DNA of 64,000 nucleotides from NCBI RefSeq assembly GCF_054482595.1, contig NZ_CM137008.1; one strand, 5' to 3'. Shown piece by piece: positions 1 to 12,927 of this stretch (position 1 is its first letter; each line of letters starts with the position of its first letter). The notes under the pieces were generated by a model. It saw only the letters and a program-made list of their open reading frames with translations, ran no database searches and was not told where the DNA came from. The position numbers and the translations under genes were made by a program.

Positions 1-401
1 AATTGTTCGATAGTGACTTTATGCGGCGAACTTAGCGCGGTTTGAATCAGATCATAGAACGGTGCATACCAGGCGTTGACGGCAACCCCGACTTCCACCA
101 AAAACCAGGTGACGAAGATGATCAGTGCAGTACCGAGTATTGACCAGTATTGCCAACGGTGCGGGCTGTAGATAAACCAGAACAATGCAAAAAGTCCTAC
201 GCAAACAATGTAGTAAGCGTAAAAAATCAGGAAATCCAACGACCAGAAACGCGCGGCGCTAATCGGGATCTGCCCGGAAGCTCCGGTGATACGTGCCACC
301 CAGTCACCCCCACCGGCTTGCCAGAAGATAACGGCAATCAATGCCCAAACAAAGGCCGAGAGAAAAAACGTTCCCGGCTTTGGGAAAAAAGACTTAAACA
401 T
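1..401 (-). CDS. sbmA: SbmA peptide-antibiotic/microcin inner-membrane transporter, N-terminal part (gene runs off the window start)
   Basis: Minus-strand translation from ATG (plus 399-401) reads [34 protein letters not shown]..., recognised as the SbmA N-terminus; no stop before the window edge, so absent from the ORF track. Confidence 0.85.
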   Translation of the reverse strand, partial: MFKSFFPKPGTFFLSAFVWALIAVIFWQAGGGDWVARITGASGQIPISAARFWSLDFLIFYAYYIVCVGLFALFWFIYSPHRWQYWSILGTALIIFVTWFLVEVGVAVNAWYAPFYDLIQTALSSPHKVTIEQ

Positions 402-752
402 ATGCACTCCTGCTAACTTCTTATCGTTTTAACAACTGCTGTGTATTAACCGCATGACCGCTACAAAGCGTCAGCCAAATGAAACCGCCCATTGTGACCC
501 ATAGCAAGGCGCTTAGTTCGCCAGCCTGGCCATAAGAATTGTTTCGACGGATTTCACAAACCAAAGATTGTTTACATAAGCGGATTAACACGCGCAGGAT
601 CACAAATGCAGGCATTGGTGAGCAGGAAAAAGATCGTGTTTACGCGCCGTTACGTTTTTAACACTATTATTGCACTAATTCGCCCTTTGCAATCCATCAA
701 TGAGTAGTATAAATACGCTCAGTTACCTTCATTCAATTTATGGACACCACCG

Positions 753-1910
753 TTGAAACGTAGTCTGCTTTTTTCTGCCGTGCTGTGTGCGGCGTCATTG
801 ACCTCCGTCCATGCGGCGCAGCCGATCACTGAACCGGAGTTTGCCTCTGATATTGTCGATCGTTATGCCGATCATATTTTTTACGGCAGCGGTGCCACGG
901 GGATGGCGCTGGTTGTTATCGACGGTAACCAGCGCGTCTTTCGCAGTTATGGCGAAACGCGACCTGGTAATAACGTTCGCCCGCAGCTGGATTCGGTCGT
1001 GCGTATTGCTTCCCTCACCAAGCTAATGACCAGTGAGATGCTGGTGAAATTGCTCGACCAGGGGACCGTGAAGTTAAACGATCCGCTAAGTAAATATGCT
1101 CCGCCAGGCGCACGCGTGCCAACCTACAATGGGACGCCCATTACGCTGGTCAATCTGGCAACCCATACCAGCGCCCTGCCCCGTGAACAGCCCGGTGGCG
1201 CGGCACATCGTCCGGTGTTTGTCTGGCCAACGCGCGAGCAACGCTGGAAATACCTTTCTACGGCGAAGCTGAAAGCCGCGCCAGGCAGTCAGGCGGCGTA
1301 CTCTAACCTTGCGTTCGACCTGCTGGCAGATGCACTGGCGAATGCGTCAGGCAAGCCTTATACCCAGTTGTTTGAAGAGCAGATTACCCGTCCGTTGGGG
1401 ATGAAAGACACCACCTACACCCCCTCACCGGATCAGTGCCGCCGTTTAATGGTTGCAGAGCGCGGTGCCAGTCCATGCAATAACACGCTGGCGGCAATTG
1501 GCAGCGGCGGCGTCTATTCCACGCCTGGCGATATGATGCGCTGGATGCAGCAGTATTTGTCATCTGATTTTTATCAGCGCAGTAACCAGGCAGATCGCAT
1601 GCAGACGTTGATTTATCAGCGCGCGCAGTTTACGAAAGTGATTGGCATGGATGTCCCCGGCAAAGCGGATGCGCTTGGTTTAGGCTGGGTATATATGGCC
1701 CCGAAAGAGGGTCGTCCGGGGATTATTCAGAAGACGGGTGGTGGTGGCGGTTTCATTACCTATATGGCGATGATCCCGCAGAAGAATATTGGCGCGTTTG
1801 TGGTGGTCACTCGTTCGCCATTGACGCGCTTTAAAAATATGAGCGATGGCATCAATGACCTGGTGACCGAGCTAAGCGGGAATAAACCGTTGGTTATCCC
1901 CGCATCCTGA
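753..1910 (+). CDS. ampH: AmpH, class C beta-lactamase-like penicillin-binding protein / DD-peptidase
   Basis: 385-aa ORF with signal peptide and S-x-x-K motif (SLTK); TTG start as given by the ORF track; divergent from sbmA. Confidence 0.93.
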   Translation: MKRSLLFSAVLCAASLTSVHAAQPITEPEFASDIVDRYADHIFYGSGATGMALVVIDGNQRVFRSYGETRPGNNVRPQLDSVVRIASLTKLMTSEMLVKLLDQGTVKLNDPLSKYAPPGARVPTYNGTPITLVNLATHTSALPREQPGGAAHRPVFVWPTREQRWKYLSTAKLKAAPGSQAAYSNLAFDLLADALANASGKPYTQLFEEQITRPLGMKDTTYTPSPDQCRRLMVAERGASPCNNTLAAIGSGGVYSTPGDMMRWMQQYLSSDFYQRSNQADRMQTLIYQRAQFTKVIGMDVPGKADALGLGWVYMAPKEGRPGIIQKTGGGGGFITYMAMIPQKNIGAFVVVTRSPLTRFKNMSDGINDLVTELSGNKPLVIPAS

Positions 1911-2599
<689 letters not shown>

Positions 2600-2600
2600 T

Positions 2601-2717
<117 letters not shown>

Positions 2718-2718
2718 A

Positions 2719-3118
<400 letters not shown>

Positions 3119-3141
3119 GGTCGTTGTTGAAGTGAGAGTAG

Positions 3142-3277
<136 letters not shown>

Positions 3278-5301
3278 TCCACTTAGCGTTGTTACCGTCA
3301 ATTTTGGTATCAACACCGACCATGATGCCGTTAACATCCTGATCATAGTTGATGGTGCCGTTGTCACCGTTGAAGTTACCACCGAAGTAGCTTACCCATG
3401 CGCCGCCGTTATCAGCCAGGCCATGACGAGAGTTGGTCAGACGAGTACCAACGGTGTCTTGTTCCAGGTTCCAGATATTGGTGTTCGCAGACGGGATGCT
3501 CAGCGCCATGTTAGCGTAGTCGGTCAGCTCCATCTGTTGCAGAACAACGGTGTTACCGCGCTGTTCAGCCTGATAGGTGTATGCACCCAGGTCAGCTTTG
3601 TTAGCAGCAGAGAAGGTCGCGTTGCTGTTTTTGTCGTTGACGTAGATCAGCTCGTTGCCGTTGTAGTCAGCGATAGAACCAGCACCAGTAGCGTTGTCGA
3701 TACGAACTTTGTAGTTACCGGTTGCGGCTGCAACATGGTCACCGTTGTTATCAACTTCGTTCTGACCAGCTTCGATAGAAGCAGTGTTGTCGTTATCGCC
3801 GTTACCGTTAATGGTCAGGTGACCATCAGAGTTCATTGCGATTAAGCCATAACCGTAGTTTGACTTGGTAGTATCGTTGGTACGGTCGTTGACCAGATCG
3901 GTATCCATTACGTAATCACTGCTATGGATATCGAATACACCAGCGTGAATGTTGCCGTTAGTATCAGTGGTACTGGTCAGATTCAGGGTATCGGCCTGGA
4001 ACGGGTTAGCATCGAACTGATCAACGTTAACATCCAACAGACCGTCGTTAGTTACGGTGATGGTATTTGCGTACAGTGCAGCATCTTCTAAACCCCAGCC
4101 CGCAGAAACATCATCAGACATTTTAACGGTACTATTGTCGATGGTCAGGGTATTAGTCGCTACATGACCGTCTTCACCGATGTTCAGGTTAGAACCGCCA
4201 GTCAGAGAGATAGTGTCAGAGATCAGACGAGAGTCTGCAACATTAACCTGGGAACCACTGTTAATACTTAAAGTATCAATCAGAGAAGATTTTGTTGTAT
4301 CCCACTCTGAACCACCGTTCAAAGTCACATTAAACAAACCGCTCTGGTAAACTTCGTTTCCTACGATATGGCCATTTTCGTCATATTGAGTATTGATGTT
4401 ATCAACACCGACAGTTGATGAAGGCCACAGGCTGTTAGCTGCAATATCGAGCAGAGTTGCAGTTGCTTCAGTACCAACACCGTAGCTGTCGTAAACGCCA
4501 TCTGGTGTAGTGTGATCAAGGATACCGTCACCGTCTAAGTCGACTGTATACTCAAATACGCCGTCGTTGTTTGCGTCAGTACCACGGTCTTCCATATGAA
4601 CAGACATTGCAGCACCAACCCACTTGCTGCCGTTGTTCAGAGTCACATCCATACGGTCTGTGCCATCCCAACCGTTGGTATCTACATCACCATCAGCATC
4701 GCGATAGCTGTCAGCACCTTGCGGGAAGAAGTTTTCATCGAAATTACTGGAGAAAACAACATCACCCATCAGTGTTGAGTTGTCTAAAGTTACTGTAGTC
4801 TGCATCGCATTATCAGCATACGGATTTGCGATTGCGGCAATTGCAACATCGTCTGCAGTCAGCGTGTTGCTATAGTTGCTGGCATTACCAGTATGGCCAA
4901 ACCAACCAGTAGTACCTTCATCAGTCCATGAACCAGAGGTCACAGTAGAATCTTTAACAGTAATAGTGTTATTAAACACTTCGCTGCTGTTTACGCCAGT
5001 GCTGACTGTGTTGTCGTCAATATCTTCCCACTCATAACCCTGAGTCAGCGTAATACCTGCTACATGAGAGTTATTAGTGATGGACAGATCAACTTCCTGA
5101 TCCAGTGTAATAGCAGTACCCATATCGTAAACATCTACAACATGAGTGTCAGCGGCATTATTATAGGTACCGTTGTAAGTATAATGCTCGTAGTTGTCAT
5201 CGATCGTTGAATTATCAACGCTCAGTGTCAGACGATCATAAACATAACCAGTAGCACGGTCATCAGCACAATCAGTAGTCATGCACTCAGTGGATTTGCC
5301 C

Positions 5302-6207
5302 CTATATTTCCAGACACCTGTTATCACTTAACCCATTACTGGCTTGCTGCCGTAGATATTCCCGTGGCGAGCGATAACCCAGTGCACTATGCGGATGCCA
5401 TTCGTTATAATGCTCGAATGCCTCTGCAAGGTTCTTTGCTGCCGTTAACCCGTCTGGTTTGGGCATGACACTGATGTAGTCACGCTTTATCGTTTTCACG
5501 AAGCTCTCTGCTATGCCGTTACTCTCCGGACTCCGCACCGCCGTGTTCTTCGGTTCAAGCCCCAACATCCGGGCAAACTGCCGTGTTTCATTAGCCCGGT
5601 AGCATGAACCATTATCCGTCAGCCACTCTACTGGAGACGCCGGAAGCTCGTTGCCGAAACGGCGTTCCACCGCTCCCAGCATGACGTCCTGTACTGTTTC
5701 ACTGTTGAAGCCGCCCGTAGTGACCGCCCAGTGCAGTGCCTCACGGTCACAGCAGTCCAGCGCGAACGTGACTCGCAGTTTTTCTCCGTTATCACAGCGG
5801 AACTCGAACCCGTCAGAGCACCATCGCTGATTACTTTCTTTCACAGCCACTCTGCCGGTATGTGCCCGTTTCGATGGCGGTACAGCGGGTTTTCGCTCAA
5901 GCAACAGCGCATTCTGGCGCATGATCCGGTAAATACGTTTGGCATTGATCGCAGGCATACCATCAAGTTCGGCCTGTCTGCGAAGCAGCGCCCATACCCG
6001 ACGATAACCATATGTGGGCAGCTCTCCGATAACATGGTGTATACGGAGAAGCACATCCGTATCATCTGAGTGACGGCTGCGGCGACCATCTTTCCAGTCA
6101 TCGGTTCGTCTGAGAATGACGTGCAACTGCGCACGCGACACCCGGAGACAACGGCTGACTAAGCTTACTCCCCATCCCCGGGCAATAAGGGCGCGTGCGC
6201 TATCCAC
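5302..6207 (-). CDS. insD: IS2 transposase OrfB (InsD), expressed as an InsCD fusion by -1 frameshift
   Basis: 301-aa [26 protein letters not shown]... recognised as IS2 InsD; overlaps the insC 3' end; A6G slippery heptamer (plus-strand CTTTTTT 6207-6213) in the overlap. Confidence 0.9.
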
Positions 6208-6530
6208 TTTTTTGCACGCCCGTATTCAACGGCTTCTTTAAGGAGTTCATTTTCCATCGTTTTTTTGCCGAGCAGGCGCTGGAGTTCTTTAATCTGCTTC
6301 ATGGCGGCAGCAAGTTCAGAGGCAGGAACGACCTGTTCTCCTGCGGCCACAGCAGTAAGACTTCCCTCCTGGTATTGCTTGCGCCAGAGAAATAACTGGC
6401 TGGCTGCCACACCGTGTTGCCGGGCAACAAGGGAGACTGTCATTCCCGGTTCAAAACTCTGCTGAACAATAGCGATCTTTTCCTGTGTAGTACGCCGTCT
6501 GCGTTTCTCCGGTCCTAAGACATCAATCAT
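6165..6530 (-). CDS. insC: IS2 OrfA (InsC), DNA-binding/regulatory protein
   Basis: 121 aa from the internal start [18 protein letters not shown]... of the 136-aa track ORF. Confidence 0.9.
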
Positions 6531-7499
6531 CTGCTCTCCAATGACTAGTCTAAAAACTAGTATTAAGACTATCACTTAAATAAGTGATATTGGTTGTCTG
6601 GAGATTCAGGGGGCCAGTCTACTCAGAGGTAATCATACCGTGAATAGTGCTGTTTTTGATTGTCAGACTATTGGCGTTGGTATTGGTAGAAATACCGTCG
6701 TCCAGATAGTAGGTAGAAATCACCCCGTTAACAGTAGCGTTATTAATGACCGGGTAGATATCGCCGTTGTAATAGCTATCAGCGGCATAGTTGTTCCAGC
6801 CTACATAACCATCATAGTAAACATCATCAGCATAGGTGGCGTCGTTGTAGTGATGAAAAGTATTGTAAGTTTGACCAGAAATATCGTTGGTCGCTGCATT
6901 AGCCTGAGAGGTGATAGCCAGAGTGCAAGCCAATGCTAATTGTGATACTACAAGTTTCTTTTTCCAGGAGTGCATTTGTCATCCCTCCTCAGGGACGTAA
7001 TAAGTTGATCCATCAATTATCAATGCATAGAAAACATCTTATGTTTCGCGTTTACGATTATGCGGCGTTATAGAGGAATGGTTCAATTATTCTTTCCCCT
7101 AAGTCCGATTGCGGACATATATAAAAATATCTATACGCACAAAGAATAAGTTGACAAAAACACTGCATTTCAACACGTTAATGAAATCATTAATTTTGAA
7201 TTATAGATCCTGAAAATACCAAAACAACAAATCAGACAAATAATTTATCAATAAACAATGAACTTTAAGTAATTCAATTTTTGACAGTTCAACCAAATTA
7301 GCAAAAATAATAACCAGCACCTATAAATAAAAATTAAAAATATTTTCAGTGAATATGAAATTATTGCTATTTCTATTACAAAGATGTCCTGGCCTCTCTT
7401 CCATTCTCTTCTTGTCAACATCGCGACAACTTTCGTAAAACATCCCCACCCTGCTTCAGGTATACTATGCCCCTCGATTCCACAAACATCAGGCAGACC

Positions 7500-8474
7500 A
7501 TGACAGATTTAATCCAACGCCCTCGTCGCCTGCGCAAATCTCCTGCGCTGCGCGCTATGTTTGAAGAGACAACACTTAGCCTTAACGACCTGGTGTTGCC
7601 GATCTTTGTTGAAGAAGAAATTGACGACTACAAAGCCGTTGAAGCCATGCCAGGCGTGATGCGCATTCCAGAGAAACATCTGGCACGCGAAATTGAACGC
7701 ATCGCCAACGCCGGTATTCGTTCCGTGATGACTTTCGGCATCTCTCACCATACCGATGAAACCGGCAGCGACGCCTGGCGGGAAGATGGACTGGTGGCGC
7801 GTATGTCGCGCATCTGCAAGCAGACTGTGCCAGAAATGATCGTCATGTCAGACACTTGTTTCTGTGAATACACATCTCACGGTCACTGCGGTGTGCTGTG
7901 CGAGCATGGCGTCGACAACGATGCGACTCTGGAAAATTTAGGCAAGCAAGCCGTGGTTGCAGCTGCTGCAGGCGCAGACTTCATTGCCCCTTCCGCCGCG
8001 ATGGATGGCCAGGTACAGGCGATTCGCCAGGCGCTGGACGCTGCTGGCTTTAAAGATACGGCGATTATGTCGTATTCGACCAAGTTCGCCTCTTCCTTTT
8101 ATGGCCCGTTCCGTGAAGCTGCCGGAAGCGCATTAAAAGGCGACCGCAAAAGCTATCAGATGAACCCAATGAACCGTCGTGAGGCGATTCGTGAGTCACT
8201 GCTGGATGAAGCCCAGGGCGCAGACTGCCTGATGGTTAAACCTGCTGGAGCGTACCTCGACATCGTGCGTGAGCTGCGTGAACGTACTGAATTGCCGATT
8301 GGCGCGTATCAGGTGAGCGGTGAGTACGCGATGATTAAGTTCGCCGCGCTGGCGGGTGCTATAGATGAAGAGAAAGTGGTGCTCGAAAGCTTAGGTTCGA
8401 TTAAGCGTGCGGGTGCGGATCTGATTTTCAGCTACTTTGCGCTGGATTTGGCTGAGAAGAAGATACTGCGTTAG
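7500..8474 (+). CDS. hemB: HemB, porphobilinogen synthase (delta-aminolevulinate dehydratase)
   Basis: 324 aa from the internal start [18 protein letters not shown] of the 335-aa track ORF. Confidence 0.93.
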
Positions 8475-8493
8475 TTCTGTTTTCTCTCAGAAA

Positions 8494-8564
8494 GGGGGAA
8501 GTAACCTGTTGAAAGTACGGTGAACTCCCCCTCACCCTAACCCTCTCCCCAAAGGGGCGAGGGG
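8494..8564. terminator. GC-rich inverted-repeat element between convergent hemB and tauD, candidate bidirectional terminator
   Basis: Two hairpins: GGGGGAAGT...ACTCCCCC and CCCTCTCCCC-AAA-GGGGCGAGGGG; no clear U-tract. Confidence 0.35.
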
Positions 8565-8580
8565 ACCGTCCACTCTCGTA

Positions 8581-9432
8581 TTACCCCGCCCGATAAAACG
8601 GTTTATCCCCAAGAATCGTCGCCCGATACATAATCCGCCGCTGTGGCAGGTAATCCGCATTGGCATAGTGCTGAGTCACACGGTTATCCCAAATCGCAAT
8701 ATCATTCGGTTGCCAGCGCCAGCGCACCTGAAACTCCGGTTTAGTGATATGGGCGAATAAAAAGCCCAACAAGGCTTCGCTCTCTTTCTCGCTGACATCA
8801 ACAATTCGCGTAGTAAAGCCTTCATTCACAAACAGCGCCTGTTTACCGCTCACCGGATGCGTTCGCACCACCGGATGTAGCAACGGCGGATTTTTCGCAA
8901 CCGCCTCGTGCCAGCGTTGATGCTCCTCCTCGGTTTTGCGGTATTTGTATTCCGGGAACGATTTACGGAAATCATGCTCCGCACGCAACCCGCTCATCAG
9001 CTGGCGGAAGGGAACAGAGAGCGCCTCATAGGCCGCAATACCGCTGGTCCAGAGCGTATCGCCGCCGGTCGAAGGTAACTCTTTCGCTGCCAGAATCGCC
9101 CCTGCGGGTGGCGTTTCAATAAATGTCACATCGGTATGCCAGTTGTCGTTATCTGGCGGATTATCGTTATGGGTATCCAGCACGATGATCTCGTCAACCC
9201 CTTCGGCATGAGGGTAAACAGGGTGAATATGCAGTTCGCCAAAACGCTGGGCCAGCGCGCGTTGCTGCTGCGGCGTAATGGCTTGATCGCGCAGAAACAC
9301 CACCTGATGGCGCAGTACCGCATGGTAAAGTTGTTCAAACTGATTATCGCTTAACGGGCGCGTCAGGTCGGCACCCGAAATTTGTGCTCCGATATACGGC
9401 CCCAGCGGGGTAATGCTCAGACGTTCACTCAT
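8581..9432 (-). CDS. tauD: TauD, taurine dioxygenase (Fe(II)/2-oxoglutarate dependent)
   Basis: 283-aa ORF; last gene of the tauABCD string. Confidence 0.95.
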   Translation of the reverse strand: MSERLSITPLGPYIGAQISGADLTRPLSDNQFEQLYHAVLRHQVVFLRDQAITPQQQRALAQRFGELHIHPVYPHAEGVDEIIVLDTHNDNPPDNDNWHTDVTFIETPPAGAILAAKELPSTGGDTLWTSGIAAYEALSVPFRQLMSGLRAEHDFRKSFPEYKYRKTEEEHQRWHEAVAKNPPLLHPVVRTHPVSGKQALFVNEGFTTRIVDVSEKESEALLGFLFAHITKPEFQVRWRWQPNDIAIWDNRVTQHYANADYLPQRRIMYRATILGDKPFYRAG

Positions 9433-10256
9433 TGTACTTCTCCATGCCAGGGCGTCAGTCGGCGCTGTAACGCGCGCAAACCCAGTTCTAAAAGAAAGGC
9501 GATAATCGCAATCACCGCGATCCCCGCCAGCACCACGTCAGTCGCGAGAAATTCACCCGCTGACTGAACCATAAATCCTAAACCGCGCGTCGCGGCAATC
9601 AGCTCCGCCGCTACCAGGGTAGACCAGCCCACCCCCAGACCAATGCGTAATCCGGTGAGAATTTCCGGCAGCGCGCCGGGCAAAATGACAAACCACAGCA
9701 CCTGCGCACGGCTGGCACCCAGCGACTGGGCGGCACGAATGCGAACCTGCTGCGCGCTTTTCACCCCTGCCAGCGCCGACATCGCCACCGGTGCAAAAAT
9801 CGCTAAATAGATCAGTAAGATCTTCGAGGTTTCGCCAATACCAAACCAGATCACCATCAGTGGTAAATAAGCCAGCGGCGGCACCGGACGATAAAGTTCG
9901 ATTACCGGATCCAGAATGCCGCGCACCGTCGGGCTTAGCCCCATGGCGATCCCGACCGGAATGCCGATCAACACCGCCGCGAGTAGCGCCAGCACAATGC
10001 GCGTCAGGCTGGCTGCCAGATGCTGCCACAGCGTGGCGTCCATAAATCCCTGCGGTCCGGCAATGGTGAGCAGTTTTGCCAGTACTTGTTGCGGCGGCGG
10101 CAAAAACAGCGGGCTAATCAGTTGCAGCGCCGCCACCGTCCACCATACAGTGAGTAAAACCGCTAACGTGCCAATGCTTAAGGTCACCTGACGCGAGAGC
10201 GGCCAGCGCCATTTCAGCCGCCGCGAATGCAGTTTTTCATTAATGAGCACACTCAT
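9429..10256 (-). CDS. tauC: TauC, taurine ABC transporter permease
   Basis: 275-aa hydrophobic ORF; 4-nt overlaps with both neighbours. Confidence 0.95.
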   Translation of the reverse strand: MSVLINEKLHSRRLKWRWPLSRQVTLSIGTLAVLLTVWWTVAALQLISPLFLPPPQQVLAKLLTIAGPQGFMDATLWQHLAASLTRIVLALLAAVLIGIPVGIAMGLSPTVRGILDPVIELYRPVPPLAYLPLMVIWFGIGETSKILLIYLAIFAPVAMSALAGVKSAQQVRIRAAQSLGASRAQVLWFVILPGALPEILTGLRIGLGVGWSTLVAAELIAATRGLGFMVQSAGEFLATDVVLAGIAVIAIIAFLLELGLRALQRRLTPWHGEVQ

Positions 10257-11020
10257 GAGAACGCCTCCCGTTGCTCAAATACGCGGCTTAAAACATATTC
10301 GCGCATGGCGATGAATTGTGGATCGGACTTGATGCTGCGGCTCGACTCTCCCGCAACAAAGCGGCGAGCAAAGTTGAGCTGCAGCCGCTCCAGCACACGG
10401 CCAGGACCGGATGAAAGCAGAACCAGTTCAGTCGCCATAAACACCGCTTCTTCTATATCGTGGGTAATCAACAGCACCTGCTTGCCCGTCTCCTGCCAGA
10501 GTTTCAGCAGCAGGGTTTGCATCTGGTCGCGGGTGAAGGCGTCCAGCGCACCAAACGGTTCGTCGAGTAATAACAGCTGGGGATTCGCCGCCAGCGCGCG
10601 GGCAATCCCCACCCGCTGACGTTGACCACCGGAAAGCTGCCAGATGTAGCGTTTTTCTGCGCCTTCCAGCCCCACTTTTTTCAGCATCTGGTGCGCGATT
10701 TCCAGTCGCTGCATTTTCTCTATACCTGCCAATTGCAGGCCGAACGCCACGTTGTCCTGTACATTGCGCCACGGTAGTAGCCCTTCATTCTGAAAAACTA
10801 CGCCACGCTCTGCTCCCGGTCCCTCAATACGCTTACCCGCCAGTTGAATGCTGCCATGCTGATAAGGCACAAAACCGGCAATCAGATTCAGCAGGGTGGT
10901 TTTACCGCAGCCGGACGGCCCCAGCACCACCAGTAGCTCGCCGCTTTCCAGCGTCAGGTTGATATCTTCCAGTGCCGGTTTGCCGCCATAATCGGCGTAA
11001 AGATGAGAGATTTGCAGCAT
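10253..11020 (-). CDS. tauB: TauB, taurine ABC transporter ATPase
   Basis: 255-aa ORF with Walker [10 protein letters not shown] and LSGGQRQR signature. Confidence 0.95.
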   Translation of the reverse strand: MLQISHLYADYGGKPALEDINLTLESGELLVVLGPSGCGKTTLLNLIAGFVPYQHGSIQLAGKRIEGPGAERGVVFQNEGLLPWRNVQDNVAFGLQLAGIEKMQRLEIAHQMLKKVGLEGAEKRYIWQLSGGQRQRVGIARALAANPQLLLLDEPFGALDAFTRDQMQTLLLKLWQETGKQVLLITHDIEEAVFMATELVLLSSGPGRVLERLQLNFARRFVAGESSRSIKSDPQFIAMREYVLSRVFEQREAFS

Positions 11021-11032
11021 CTGCGCCTCCTT

Positions 11033-11995
11033 TTATTGCACGAAGCGCGAGGTAACGTACTGGCTGTAATCATTCGCTACAGCCGGGACCTTGCCCTGCT
11101 CTTTCAAAAACTGCGCGGTGTCGATGATCGCTTTGTTCACCGGTCCGGTCAGTTCTGCCGTTTGTTGCTGCGGCGTCAGATAGGTATTCCCCTTCACCAG
11201 CCCCGGAACGTCACCTTCAGGCACGCCGCTTAAACGCGCCAGTTTGCTGATGTTTTCCGGCTGTTTCAGCCACACGTCTGGGTTAGCAATGTACGGTTGC
11301 TGAGCATCGATGGCGCTTTTAGCGAACGCTTTCACGACCTCAGGATGTTTCTCGGCAAAATCTCTGCGCACCACCCAAACGTCCAGCGTTGGCGCGCCCC
11401 ACTGTCCGACCTGTTCAGAATCGGTCAACACCTTGCCGTCTTTTTCCAGGGCGTTAACCGCCGGTGCCCAGACATAAGCACCATCAATATCTCCCCGCTG
11501 CCAGGCAGCGATAATCGCGGGCGGCTGCAGGTTCACAATCTCCACTTGCCCGGGTTTAATGCCCCAGTGTTTCAGCGCCGCCAGCAGGCTGTAGTGGGTG
11601 GTGGAGATAAACGGTACGGCGATGCGTTTGCCAATCAGATCTTCCGGTTTGCTGATAGTTTTCTTTACCACCAGCGCTTCGGAGTTACCCAGTTTTGACG
11701 CCAGCAAGAAGACTTCAATCGGCACCTGTTGGCTGGCTGCAACCGCTAACGGGCTGGAACCGAGGTTGCCGATTTGCACGTCGCCTGAAGCCAGCGCCCG
11801 CACGATGCTGGCTCCGCTGTCAAACTTACGCCAGTCCACGGTTGCTCCGCTTTCTTTAGCAAAGGTGTTGTCGGCCTGAGCCACTTTCGCCGGTTCGGCT
11901 GAGGTTTGATACGCCACGGTGACGTTCACCGCCTGCGCCTGAAAAGCGATGAATGCCAGTGCGGCAAGAAGAGTGTTACGCGATGAAATTGCCAT
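11033..11995 (-). CDS. tauA: TauA, taurine periplasmic binding protein
   Basis: 320-aa ORF with signal peptide; first gene of the operon. Confidence 0.95.
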   Translation of the reverse strand: MAISSRNTLLAALAFIAFQAQAVNVTVAYQTSAEPAKVAQADNTFAKESGATVDWRKFDSGASIVRALASGDVQIGNLGSSPLAVAASQQVPIEVFLLASKLGNSEALVVKKTISKPEDLIGKRIAVPFISTTHYSLLAALKHWGIKPGQVEIVNLQPPAIIAAWQRGDIDGAYVWAPAVNALEKDGKVLTDSEQVGQWGAPTLDVWVVRRDFAEKHPEVVKAFAKSAIDAQQPYIANPDVWLKQPENISKLARLSGVPEGDVPGLVKGNTYLTPQQQTAELTGPVNKAIIDTAQFLKEQGKVPAVANDYSQYVTSRFVQ

Positions 11996-12297
11996 GATTG
12001 TCTGCTCCCCTGTCTTGTTATGGGAGCAGTATTTCGTTGCGGGTCAGTTTGATAAAGGAATTAAAAGGTCTTGTTAAGAACAAAGCGTTTTTAGAAAAAA
12101 ATCGGCAATGGTTAGCGAGTTTGCGCATTTTGCGGTTTTGGCGAACGTATCCCGCCGGTTCACAAGCCAGATAAGCTGTGCGCGCTCCGGCAAATTATTG
12201 CCATTTTGTTACATCCATTCCATATCTGTCGCTGGTTGATTGCCAGCGCCGCGCCGTGATGCATGATAGGAGAATTAGATAATAAGAGAAGAAAAGT

Positions 12298-12927
12298 ATG
12301 ATTCGGGTAGTGCTGGTGGATGACCATGTGGTGGTGCGCTCTGGCTTCGCACAATTACTCTCTCTGGAAGACGATCTGGAGGTCATTGGTCAGTACAGTA
12401 GTGCCGCGCAGGCATGGTCGGCATTAATCCGTGATGACGTCAATGTTGCCGTCATTGATATTGCCATGCCAGACGAAAACGGCCTCAGTTTGCTTAAGCG
12501 CCTGCGTGCACAAAAACCGCAATTTCGCGCCATTATTCTTAGCATTTATGACGCGCCAACCTTTGTGCAAAGCGCGCTGGATGCCGGTGCCAGCGGGTAT
12601 TTAACCAAACGCTGTGGGCCGGAAGAGTTAGTGCAGGCGGTGCGCTCGGTCGGGCTGGGCGGGCATTATCTCTGTGCCGATGCGATTCGGGCTTTACGCG
12701 GCGGCGGGCAACCCGCCCAGGCGCTGGAAATTCTCACCCCACGAGAACGTGAAGTGTTTGATTTACTGGTCAAAGGAGACAGCGTTAAAGAGATCGCCTT
12801 TAAACTCGAACTCAGTCATAAAACGGTACATGTGCATCGCGCCAATGTGCTGGGAAAACTGAACTGCCATAGCACCATTGAACTGGTACATTTTGCGCTC
12901 GACCACCATCTGCTGGCGGGGCATTAA
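12298..12927 (+). CDS. Two-component response regulator, NarL/FixJ (LuxR-HTH) family, UhpA-like
   Basis: 209 aa; receiver domain (VLVDDH...D) plus C-terminal LuxR-type HTH; resembles UhpA; stop overlaps the kinase start (TAATG). Confidence 0.85.
   Translation: MIRVVLVDDHVVVRSGFAQLLSLEDDLEVIGQYSSAAQAWSALIRDDVNVAVIDIAMPDENGLSLLKRLRAQKPQFRAIILSIYDAPTFVQSALDAGASGYLTKRCGPEELVQAVRSVGLGGHYLCADAIRALRGGGQPAQALEILTPREREVFDLLVKGDSVKEIAFKLELSHKTVHVHRANVLGKLNCHSTIELVHFALDHHLLAGH

Larger units (their letters stand above)
5291..6621 (-). mobile_element. IS2 insertion sequence, complete (1331 bp), with 5-bp target-site duplication CTCAG
   Basis: Ends match the IS2 termini recalled from memory (TGGATTTGCCCCTATATTTCCAGACA at 5291; ...GGAGATTCAGGGGGCCAGTCTA ending 6621); CTCAG at 5286-5290 and 6622-6626; encodes InsC and InsD. 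Confidence 0.93.

Noticed and set aside
150-416. 88-aa plus-strand ORF at the window start
   Set aside because: Lies entirely antisense to the sbmA N-terminal coding region.
9553-10772. ORFs of 84-158 aa in alternative frames within tauC and tauB
   Set aside because: Overlap confident ABC transporter genes; Arg/Ala/Gly-rich compositions typical of off-frame reading of GC-rich coding DNA.
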